NCBI GenBank assembly: GCA_029838215.1
Contig: JALGVI010000022.1
Coordinates: 1 to 39,632, forward strand
Direction of reading: 5' to 3'
Origin: Candidatus Helarchaeota archaeon
GTDB taxonomy: Archaea; Asgardarchaeota; Lokiarchaeia; Helarchaeales; RDOG01
Length of the DNA: 39,632 bases
Positions within the stretch are counted from its first letter, which is position 1; the number at the start of each line of letters is the position of its first letter. Of this stretch, positions 18,706 to 27,095 are shown in pieces. The notes below the pieces were generated by a model, which was given only the letters and a program-made list of their open reading frames with translations, searched no databases and was not told the DNA's origin. The position numbers were made by a program, and so were the translations under genes.

Positions 18706-19194
18706 CTAATATTTGGTTCGCCCGCCGAAGACCTTGATTTTGAGCTTCGTCCTTTCTTTCTCATCTTGAACTATGATGTATTCTGATTTTTCAGCAGACA
18801 GGTTAACCTTTATTTTGGTCGAAGCCACTTTTTTATCCTTTTTTAGCAGGTCTCGCTCCCAGATGGAAATCGGGATTTCAATTATCTTGTCATCGCCCTT
18901 ATGAAGATGCAGGAATTGCGTGTAGAGAGAAATCTCGTTTTGTCCGGGCTGAAAAGCCTCGTTTTTCTCCAATTGGATGGTTCCGCGTGAAGGCGTGCGA
19001 ATCTGATAGCGGGGCCATTGACCGCATTTAATATAAAACTCACCAGTCCAATCCAAATCATAATCGGCGATTGTTTTTAGGCTTATCATCCCAATGTTAA
19101 TGTAATATCGATCTTTCCGGGCTTTTTGTTCGTGCGAGAAGCTTTCACCTTTTGCGTGGGTCTTTTTACCTTTTACGTAAACTCGTCGTCCCAT
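18706..19194 (-). CDS. Stand-alone C2-like beta-sandwich protein
   Basis: ADYDLDWTGEFYIK and ISIWERDLLKKDKKVASTKIKV resemble the C2 D..DPYV and VwD.D...Dd.iG motifs; basic N-terminal tail. Confidence 0.55.
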   Translation of the reverse strand: MGRRVYVKGKKTHAKGESFSHEQKARKDRYYINIGMISLKTIADYDLDWTGEFYIKCGQWPRYQIRTPSRGTIQLEKNEAFQPGQNEISLYTQFLHLHKGDDKIIEIPISIWERDLLKKDKKVASTKIKVNLSAEKSEYIIVQDEKERTKLKIKVFGGRTKY

Positions 19195-19333
19195 TAAAAA
19201 TCACTTCGTATCCAATATCTGTTAAAATTTATCTGGTTGAATCTTATTATGCAATTTAGATTATTTATAAAAACTGGTTCATTATTGTATATTAAAAATA
19301 TATAAAAAAAATTCAATTGATGAAGGGTTTTCG

Positions 19334-20632
19334 GTGTACAGCGTTCTAAAATGCATTAAATGCAAAAAAGAATATCCTCTGAATGAATTAATATACGAAT
19401 GCAAGTCTTGTGGCGCTCTGTTGGACGTGCAACACGATTTAGAGGAAGTAAAAGAGGCTATTTCGAAAGAGTTATTTGATAAACGGTTAGGGACGAGACA
19501 ATTTCCATACATGAGTGGTGTATGGAGATACAGGGAGTTGATCCTGCCCGTAGAGGAGAAAATGATAATTTCCCGACCTGAAGGAAATACCAACCTTTAC
19601 AAGTCCAAAAAGGCGGCGGAATTCGTGGGGAGCACGTTGGAAAATCTTCGTTTAAAGCACGAAGGAGAAAATCCCACGGGATCTTTTAAGGATAGAGGCA
19701 TGACTTCTGGCGTGACTCAAGCAAACGTGCTGGGTGCCGAAATCGTTGCTTGCGCATCGACAGGGAACACGTCGGCTTCGATGGCAGCCTTTGCCGCAGT
19801 CGGCAATAAAAAAGCAATTGTTTTCATTCCCGAAGGAAAAATTGCATATGGAAAGCTCTCACAGGCATTGGCTTACGGGGGAATCACGCTTCAAATACGC
19901 GGCAACTTCGACGACGCCATGAAACTCGTCAAGGAAGTCTCTTTAGATTTGAACCTGTATCTCTTGAATTCCGTGAACCCTTTTAGACTCGAGGGACAAA
20001 AATCCATCATCATTGAATTGCTCCATCAATTGAACTGGGAAGTTCCTGACTGGCTCGTTTGTCCGGGAGGCAATCTCGGAAATTCTTCGGCTTTTGGGAA
20101 GGCATTACATGAATTGAAGGAATTGGGTTTCATCGATTCTCTTCCGCGATTGGCTGTCATACAAGCAGAGGGGTCTGCTCCACTATATTTGAGTTATAAG
20201 ACGGGTTTTGAGAAACACGTCGAGGTGGAAAATCCCGAAACCATAGCCACTGCCATCAAGATCGGAAAACCCGTGAACTACACGAAAGCGGTGCGTGCCA
20301 TCAAGTGGACCAATGGACTCGTTGAAATCGTCACGGAAGACGAAATAATGAATGCCAAGGCTATTGTTGACGGTGCAGGAATCGGCGCTGAACCCGCATC
20401 GTGTGCCACCGTTGCAGGAATTAAAAAACTGATAGAAGCAGGGATAATGGACAAGAAGGACAAAATTGCGGGAATACTCACGGGAAATATCTTGAAAGAC
20501 CCCGATGCCACAGTAAATTATCACATGAAAAAGCTGGACGGTTATGCTTGTACTCACGCAAATGAACCCATCGTCGTGGATGCCAACCGCGAAGACGTGG
20601 AGCGCGTGATAAAGGGGATTTTAAACGCTTAA
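19334..20632 (+). CDS. thrC: Threonine synthase
   Basis: NPTGSFKDRG, CASTGNTSAS, NSVNPFRLEGQK, PGGNLGN, EPASCA; N-terminal Zn-ribbon CxxC...CxxC. Confidence 0.95.
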   Translation: MYSVLKCIKCKKEYPLNELIYECKSCGALLDVQHDLEEVKEAISKELFDKRLGTRQFPYMSGVWRYRELILPVEEKMIISRPEGNTNLYKSKKAAEFVGSTLENLRLKHEGENPTGSFKDRGMTSGVTQANVLGAEIVACASTGNTSASMAAFAAVGNKKAIVFIPEGKIAYGKLSQALAYGGITLQIRGNFDDAMKLVKEVSLDLNLYLLNSVNPFRLEGQKSIIIELLHQLNWEVPDWLVCPGGNLGNSSAFGKALHELKELGFIDSLPRLAVIQAEGSAPLYLSYKTGFEKHVEVENPETIATAIKIGKPVNYTKAVRAIKWTNGLVEIVTEDEIMNAKAIVDGAGIGAEPASCATVAGIKKLIEAGIMDKKDKIAGILTGNILKDPDATVNYHMKKLDGYACTHANEPIVVDANREDVERVIKGILNA

Positions 20633-21642
20633 AGCCCGTGCTTGATGGCAATCGATAGGACATCACCCAACAGGCCACTTGCGGCTTCCATGCCACCAGC
20701 ACCGTGTCCTGCAATGGAGATGTCCTGTGCTAAATCTGTTTTTAAAATGATGATGTTATTCGTGCCTCCAATTGCAAAGGGTGATTCGAGCGGCACCAGG
20801 CTCGGTGCAACTTCAAGCCTTCCGTCTTCCGTTGCAATGGCAATGTGTTTTATGATGAGGTCATCTTCCCTTGCCAGTTCCATTGCTTCCAAGGTTATGT
20901 CTTCAATTCCCTTGATTTTAACATCATTTATGGAATAGTTTTTCTTCAGAAACGTGTTTGCAAGGATGAGAAGCTTGAATGCCGCATCATGACCGCCAAT
21001 GTCCAGAGTGGGATCAGCCTCGGCATAACCGAGCTCCTGTGCGTTCTTCAATGCAATCTCAAAGGGTACCTTTTCTTCGTTCATCTTTGAAAGAATGAAA
21101 TTTGACGTTCCGTTTAGAATCGCGGTTATTGCTTTTATTTTATTTCCACGAAGCCCTTCTAATCCCATTTTAATCACGGGAATTCCGCTTCCAACCGTTG
21201 ACTCATAACGGATCTCGACACCGTTCTCACGGGCGAGTGAATGCAGCTCGTCATAGTACAGGGCAATAGGTCCCTTATTTGAAGTCACGACATGGCGTTT
21301 TTGACTCAATGCATGTTTCATGTATGAATAAGCCGGTTCTCCAGTTTGGGGATTGGTATATGAAACTTCAACCAGTATTTGAACGGGAAGCTTGCCCAAT
21401 TCATCCGTGACTTTCTTGCCATCTTTCCAGTTAGGGTGCTTTTTAAATTCCTTGAAAGAATAACCCACGAGTTCGCCCAAGTTCAAGCCGCTCTCGTTTA
21501 TGAATGCACCCTCAAGCTCAAAAATCGCAATTACTTTTAAATCCATGCCGTAATCCTTTTTTATTTCCGCTTTTTTATCGTTGATAATGCCCGCCAATGC
21601 GCGTCCAACGGTTCCGAACCCCACTAATGCTAAATTGACCAT
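20629..21642 (-). CDS. hom: Homoserine dehydrogenase (short form, no ACT)
   Basis: GFGTVG, VVTSNKGP, YESTVGSGIP, NGTSNFIL, GYAEADPTLDIGGHDAAFK. Confidence 0.95.
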   Translation of the reverse strand: MVNLALVGFGTVGRALAGIINDKKAEIKKDYGMDLKVIAIFELEGAFINESGLNLGELVGYSFKEFKKHPNWKDGKKVTDELGKLPVQILVEVSYTNPQTGEPAYSYMKHALSQKRHVVTSNKGPIALYYDELHSLARENGVEIRYESTVGSGIPVIKMGLEGLRGNKIKAITAILNGTSNFILSKMNEEKVPFEIALKNAQELGYAEADPTLDIGGHDAAFKLLILANTFLKKNYSINDVKIKGIEDITLEAMELAREDDLIIKHIAIATEDGRLEVAPSLVPLESPFAIGGTNNIIILKTDLAQDISIAGHGAGGMEAASGLLGDVLSIAIKHGL

Positions 21643-21655
21643 TCAAACCACCTCT

Positions 21656-22165
21656 TCATGTTTCAAGTTGGAAAATGGGGTTCAACCCTTTCTCCGAGCA
21701 GATCTTGTTAATCTCGGCATAAATCACGTCCAAATCTTCCTTCTTTTCGTACTGAAAATTGATCTTCATCGAAGATACTTCTTCGGAAGATTTGATGCGA
21801 GAATCGACCTTTCGAATGTATGCTTTTCTTGCCATCAAGCGATCCAGCGTGTTTTTTACATCCGTCTTGTAAATATGCCCGATTAAAATGACGGTCTTGC
21901 CATACACGCCGACTTCTGATTCGAGACGCTTGATTTTTATGCCCTGAATCTCCAATGCAGACCTGATTTTACCCAAGCTTTCAGGAGAGTCAATCTCGAA
22001 TTCAAACACGACGGGAACCAAATCTTTCGTTTTCAAATCCCTTAAATGGTATATTCCAAAAAAATTCCCGCCTCGTAATGATATGACATCAACAACCTTC
22101 ATTAATTGACCGGGCGTGTCGGGCAGTTCAACTTCCAGAGTTACTATCATGTTTTTTTCCTTCAT
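21656..22165 (-). CDS. ACT-domain protein, predicted allosteric regulator of homoserine dehydrogenase (COG2061-like)
   Basis: ELPDTPGQL ACT motif, second half VILIGHI; lies 13 bp upstream of hom. Confidence 0.85.
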   Translation of the reverse strand: MKEKNMIVTLEVELPDTPGQLMKVVDVISLRGGNFFGIYHLRDLKTKDLVPVVFEFEIDSPESLGKIRSALEIQGIKIKRLESEVGVYGKTVILIGHIYKTDVKNTLDRLMARKAYIRKVDSRIKSSEEVSSMKINFQYEKKEDLDVIYAEINKICSEKGLNPIFQLET

Positions 22166-22193
22166 TTCTCTTTAGGAGCGGAAATCGTTCAAG

Positions 22194-22233
22194 TATCACT
22201 CACGTGAAGAAAACATTCACGATCTGAGTGATA
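22194..22233. promoter_or_regulatory. Bulged stem-loop upstream of ACT-hom operon
   Basis: TATCACTCA(22194-202)/TGAGTGATA(22225-233) plus CGTGAA(22203-208)/TTCACG(22216-221); 3-nt bulge, 7-nt loop. Confidence 0.5.
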
Positions 22234-22361
22234 ATAGATTTCAGATTTGGATTTAAAAGTTATTTTCACTAATTTTTATATGATTTGAATCATTATGAAT
22301 CCTTCAGTTCGATTGATTAATCGAAAAAAATCCAAATTTAAAAATATCGAGGTCTTCATGA

Positions 22362-22913
22362 ATGAGTGATGATAAAACGGGTTTGAAAAGAACAATTGAG
22401 GACTTGCGGAAAGTAATCGCCGAGAAGAACGCCAAAAATGAAGAATTGACCGAGAAAATCACGGAATTAGAAAAACAACTTGCCGAAAAAAATGCCAAAA
22501 TTGAGGAACTGGATAAAAGAATCGCCGAATTTGAAGCATCAAAATTAACACCTAAAGCGGAAGTAAAAGAAGGACAGCCGGAAGGAGCAGGAATGAAAGG
22601 ACGAGAGGAAGGGTTTGGCTCTATCGTCAAACAGCAAACCAGCCCCACCAGAATACTCATAGAGCTCCAGGCTTATTTGAAGAAGTCTTCAGACATAAAA
22701 GTCAAGCAAGTATTAGATGATATTGATAAAGCAAAAGACGCACTTGAAAATGCACAGGGAACGCAACGATTGTGCTATGCAATAAATCAATTCTCTCGGG
22801 AAATAAAAGGGTGGTATTCAAGGGAAAACCCTGCAGATGCAAGAATCAAGAGCAATCACTTACAAAAAATCTTAGACGAGATCGATACTTGGATAGATCG
22901 ATACTTTCGATAA
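22362..22913 (+). CDS. Coiled-coil protein with C-terminal helical bundle
   Basis: Heptad N-terminus with a 21-aa internal repeat (AEKNAKNEEL.../AEKNAKIEEL...). Confidence 0.75.
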   Translation: MSDDKTGLKRTIEDLRKVIAEKNAKNEELTEKITELEKQLAEKNAKIEELDKRIAEFEASKLTPKAEVKEGQPEGAGMKGREEGFGSIVKQQTSPTRILIELQAYLKKSSDIKVKQVLDDIDKAKDALENAQGTQRLCYAINQFSREIKGWYSRENPADARIKSNHLQKILDEIDTWIDRYFR

Positions 22914-23122
22914 TTCTTTTTCTTCATCACTCATTTTTTGAGTAATTTCGTTCAAGAGCTTTTTCTAGATTCATCCTGACTTATTTTTAAAGCGGTTTTT
23001 TACCCCTTTTTCGAAATCCATTTTACGTAGAAGATTTCGTGGCTGTTATATACATAATTATCAAATAAATTTAGAAGTCAGAATTTTAGAATAATTAAAT
23101 ATGAAGAGGAAGTTGATTTGAA

Positions 23123-24280
23123 ATGCCTTCTCGGCAGAAAACCGCAAGTAAAAAATCCTCCAAGAGAGGAAAAAAGAAAAAAAATATTTCTAGTGAAAAA
23201 TCAGGAGTTTCAGCTGATGAAACGGTTAGAACGCCGATAAACAAACCCGAAACAGAGAAAATTGTTGGATCAAAGGAAGAAGTGGAGTCTGAATTATTAA
23301 CGAAATTAAAAAAATCGCTTGCTTTGAGTCCCATTCAAAATTTGGAGATGATGGAAAAACTCAGGACGGCACCACTGGAGCAATTATTTGAAGAATCGAA
23401 ACAGCTTCAGAGGGAAGTAAAAGTCGATTTGGTGATAGAAGGTCAATACAAAGAAGCCCTTGAACTTTTAATGGATGCGGACACGGCAGGTCTATATCCA
23501 GCACTGGTGGGACCGCCAGGTGTGGGGAAGACGGCATTATGCAGGTACTTCACGGAAATAAGGGCAAAATTGACGGGAAATGATAGTTTTGAATGGTTGA
23601 CTTTTGATGAAGCGACTCGTCCATCTCACCTAATCGGCTCTTTTAATCCCGCCTTAACAATTAATCAAGGCTTCATTCCTCAAGCTTTTAATTTCGGCCC
23701 ACTTACAAGGGCAATGTTAAGGGGAGGCGTGTTTCTTGCAAATGAAATAAACCGCGCAACCGAATTCACTCAAAATACGTTGCTGGAACCTTTGGAAGAA
23801 CGTACAATCAACGTGCCGCACTTGGGAAGAATTCAAGCAAGCCAAGGTTTCTTTTTCATCGCGGCAATGAATCCATCGGAAATCGCGGGAACTCACAGGA
23901 TCGGTGATGCTCTCAAAGATCGATTGAAGGTATGGATAGAATTAACCTATCCCCGGAAAATAACGGAGCTCAGGATAATTAAAAAAAATAATCCTCATTT
24001 TGTCTTGGGAGATTCCTATCTCGATAAAATTCACGCGCTTATTAGTGCAACCAGAACGGATTCGCGCGTGGAACTGCCCGCTTCATTGAGAACAGGAATA
24101 GCAATAGCGCGGCTGATGGGTTTATTTTGTCAAAAAAAGAACGGAGATGATTTAACAGCAAAATTAGCCAAGATTTCATATCACGTGCTCATTGGAAGCA
24201 TAAAAACGAAACCGGGAACGCAACCAAAAAACGTCATAATGAGAATAATCAAGGAACAGCTAGGATTCACAATAAAGTGA
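23123..24280 (+). CDS. MoxR-type AAA+ ATPase with Lys-rich N-terminal tail
   Basis: Walker A GPPGVGKT, Walker B region FLANEINR, TQNTLLEPLEER, AMNP, ALKDR. Confidence 0.9.
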   Translation: MPSRQKTASKKSSKRGKKKKNISSEKSGVSADETVRTPINKPETEKIVGSKEEVESELLTKLKKSLALSPIQNLEMMEKLRTAPLEQLFEESKQLQREVKVDLVIEGQYKEALELLMDADTAGLYPALVGPPGVGKTALCRYFTEIRAKLTGNDSFEWLTFDEATRPSHLIGSFNPALTINQGFIPQAFNFGPLTRAMLRGGVFLANEINRATEFTQNTLLEPLEERTINVPHLGRIQASQGFFFIAAMNPSEIAGTHRIGDALKDRLKVWIELTYPRKITELRIIKKNNPHFVLGDSYLDKIHALISATRTDSRVELPASLRTGIAIARLMGLFCQKKNGDDLTAKLAKISYHVLIGSIKTKPGTQPKNVIMRIIKEQLGFTIK

Positions 24281-24380
24281 AGATGAAATTTGAAAAAAAA
24301 CATGATTATTTATAAAAAATTAAGGGGAGATAGATAGAATCACGCATCAAGACCATCAGAAAGGTGAGTACTCAAGCGGC

Positions 24381-27086
24381 GTGCCGGGAGCTAGTCCCGA
24401 ATCCGATAGTACAATGAAGAGACAGAAAAGGGTTTTCCCCCTTGATCCCGTCCTATTCTCGGTAAACTTTGTAAGAAAATTAAGAAAACATCGCGAGATA
24501 AAAACCCATCCCAGCATTAGACAATCCCTTTCAATTGCGAGATTGCTCATCGCCCGGTTCATGAGGGCGGGGCTGTTATCAAGAACAGATTACGTGAATA
24601 TCGCTGTTGCTACATCCGATCCCGAAAACAAAATCATCGCTTACCTAGTTGCCTCGGAGCTCGTATTTGCGGATGAAATTCTGAAATCGTTTAATTTTCA
24701 AAAATCACTAGAAGAAGAAAATTTACTTTCTGCATTGGGAAAAATCGTGGATGACGATGAGAAACATGAAGATCCCGAACTCGAGGATGAATTAGAAAAA
24801 ATATCAAAGGAGCTTTCATACTACGCACGATATTTCAACAACAATGAAGCGGATTTAGAAGAAAATAGGGAATCGCGACCACAGGACAAAGCACGACAGC
24901 TTCAACCGGGTCGGGACGAGTTCGAAGAACAATACAAGTTTTTAGAGTATTTAGAGTCAAATTCACATAAAGAACCCGTCAAATCGATTTTAGAATTCAT
25001 GGATGGACTGGGTTCAATACAAGAACAACACGTAAAATCAATGGATGACCTCATTAAGGCCGTTAGGGAAAAAATTCTGAAGCAACACGATGATTTCGAT
25101 CCATTAAGACTAAAATTAACCGATGAACTCGATATCGGAAAGGATTTGTTAGAAAAGACTTCAAACGAATTGGAAGAATTTATCATCAAATCTAAAATGA
25201 ACTTGGACCCCCAAGAGATCGTTTCGAGCATTTTTAAGGACAGAATAACGGAATTACTGAACGCAATAAACTGTGCAAGGACCAACCAGTTACTAAATTC
25301 ATCAGAACTCGGGCGATATGTTAATGAGGTCAAGAAGATGTTGTCAAACCATTCGTTATATACGTTAAAGGATGTGGCGGCATCATTCGGTAAAGCATCG
25401 CCACAAATCTTTAATGACACGCGACTATTGAATGATATCTTTGGAAACAGCCTCCAATCCATGAGTTTCAATGATTTAATTTCAGAATCCCGATTCATTG
25501 ATGATTATTTTGGAACCGATTTAGAAGAACAACTCAACGATTTTGTGGATGGCTTTTCAAGTTCAAACTCGATGGACCAACTTGAAGCAAGTAAATCTCA
25601 GCACGGACTTCAAAGCCTATCAGAGGACGATTTGCTCAATCAGCTTACATGCCCAATAAATTCACCATTCTGGAGAAAACAAGTCAAGAAGGGAGTTCAA
25701 CAATATCTGAACAAACTTAATCAGTCGGTAGAAAAGAGTGAAGGCGAATCTTTTTCTTCAGCATTGAATTTATTGGATAAAACCAACACCGGATTGCGAT
25801 CATCTGCAAGCATCGCTGACAGATTTTTTATGGAATCGATATTGGATGATTCAATAAATTTGACGCTGGAAATCGTTAATAACAGGGAGGATTTCATGGG
25901 ATTTCTTGAATATTTAAAGAAAACAAACTTGAAAATAGATATTGACAAGGCGAGATCCAAAGGGCTTGAATTAGGATTAAATTCTCAAGAACTGTTGATG
26001 ATGTTATCTCCCAATTTCGACTTGGTCAAGACAATGGTTGAATATCCCGATAATGATATAGACTCATTTCTTAGAATAATGCATGAAATCAAAATCACGC
26101 CGAATCAGGTAGAAGAACTTGTCAAATTAAGTTCCAAACTTTCAAACGAGAAGGCAATTTGTGCCTTGACTTTAGTAGACATGAAAACTACGATGAGAAC
26201 TCTTGAAAATTCAGGTCTGGCAAGCTCCAATTCGATAAAGAACATGATTTACAATTTTGGTGCAGGGTACGGTGAACAATTATTAAAGCAGTGGTTCAAG
26301 GCGAAGCACGGACTCTCGAAATCCGTTTATAACGTGATTAAAGATTACATTAAAAAGATTCTGGTAGAATTATCAATACAGTATTCAAATCTATATCTGG
26401 GGACAGCAGATATCGGACCCAATCCTCAAACGGAACTAAGAAGTTTTAACGAAGATGATGAATTCGATAACATCGATTTAGAAGCAAGCGTCTTGAACAT
26501 AATCGAAAGCGGAAAATCGATGAACCTGCTCGATCACGATGATCTCCTGGTTAACGTTACCAAAAAGGGAAAAAGAGCCGTTGTGATTGAGATAGACGTT
26601 TCGGGATCAATGGCAAGTGCAAATTTGGACTCGATCGCCATTGCTGCACTGATGATGTTGTACAAATTTGACGCGGAAGAAATAGCCATTTGTTTTTTCG
26701 AATCCGATTTATATATATTAAAGGAATTGAGTGAGCGGGCCGATATCGAGAAGATTGCGGATAAAATCCTGAGTTTGGAACCAATGGGCGGAACAATGCT
26801 TAAAAAAGCGTTGGAATGGGCGAACATGAATCTTGAGAAATATCGTTCGGGTGAAAAAATCAACATCCTATTTACTGATGCTGAAATTTATGATGCTGAG
26901 GAGTGCCGTGTTGAGCTCCTGAAAATGGCATCGAATGAAGTTAAGATGGTCTTGGTCGTGCCGAAATTTAATTTTTCAGGCACATTCGCTAAAAAAATCA
27001 TTGAATTAACAAACGGCACCATCCTGAAACTCGAAGAGTGGGAAGATTTTCCGAAATTAATATCGAAAATATTCAGAAATCAGTGA
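24381..27086 (+). CDS. Large vWA-domain protein (MoxR partner)
   Basis: C-terminal MIDAS: IDVSGSM, GGTM, FTDAE. Likely start ATG 24414. Confidence 0.88.
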   Translation: MPGASPESDSTMKRQKRVFPLDPVLFSVNFVRKLRKHREIKTHPSIRQSLSIARLLIARFMRAGLLSRTDYVNIAVATSDPENKIIAYLVASELVFADEILKSFNFQKSLEEENLLSALGKIVDDDEKHEDPELEDELEKISKELSYYARYFNNNEADLEENRESRPQDKARQLQPGRDEFEEQYKFLEYLESNSHKEPVKSILEFMDGLGSIQEQHVKSMDDLIKAVREKILKQHDDFDPLRLKLTDELDIGKDLLEKTSNELEEFIIKSKMNLDPQEIVSSIFKDRITELLNAINCARTNQLLNSSELGRYVNEVKKMLSNHSLYTLKDVAASFGKASPQIFNDTRLLNDIFGNSLQSMSFNDLISESRFIDDYFGTDLEEQLNDFVDGFSSSNSMDQLEASKSQHGLQSLSEDDLLNQLTCPINSPFWRKQVKKGVQQYLNKLNQSVEKSEGESFSSALNLLDKTNTGLRSSASIADRFFMESILDDSINLTLEIVNNREDFMGFLEYLKKTNLKIDIDKARSKGLELGLNSQELLMMLSPNFDLVKTMVEYPDNDIDSFLRIMHEIKITPNQVEELVKLSSKLSNEKAICALTLVDMKTTMRTLENSGLASSNSIKNMIYNFGAGYGEQLLKQWFKAKHGLSKSVYNVIKDYIKKILVELSIQYSNLYLGTADIGPNPQTELRSFNEDDEFDNIDLEASVLNIIESGKSMNLLDHDDLLVNVTKKGKRAVVIEIDVSGSMASANLDSIAIAALMMLYKFDAEEIAICFFESDLYILKELSERADIEKIADKILSLEPMGGTMLKKALEWANMNLEKYRSGEKINILFTDAEIYDAEECRVELLKMASNEVKMVLVVPKFNFSGTFAKKIIELTNGTILKLEEWEDFPKLISKIFRNQ

Positions 27087-27095
27087 AAAGATAAG

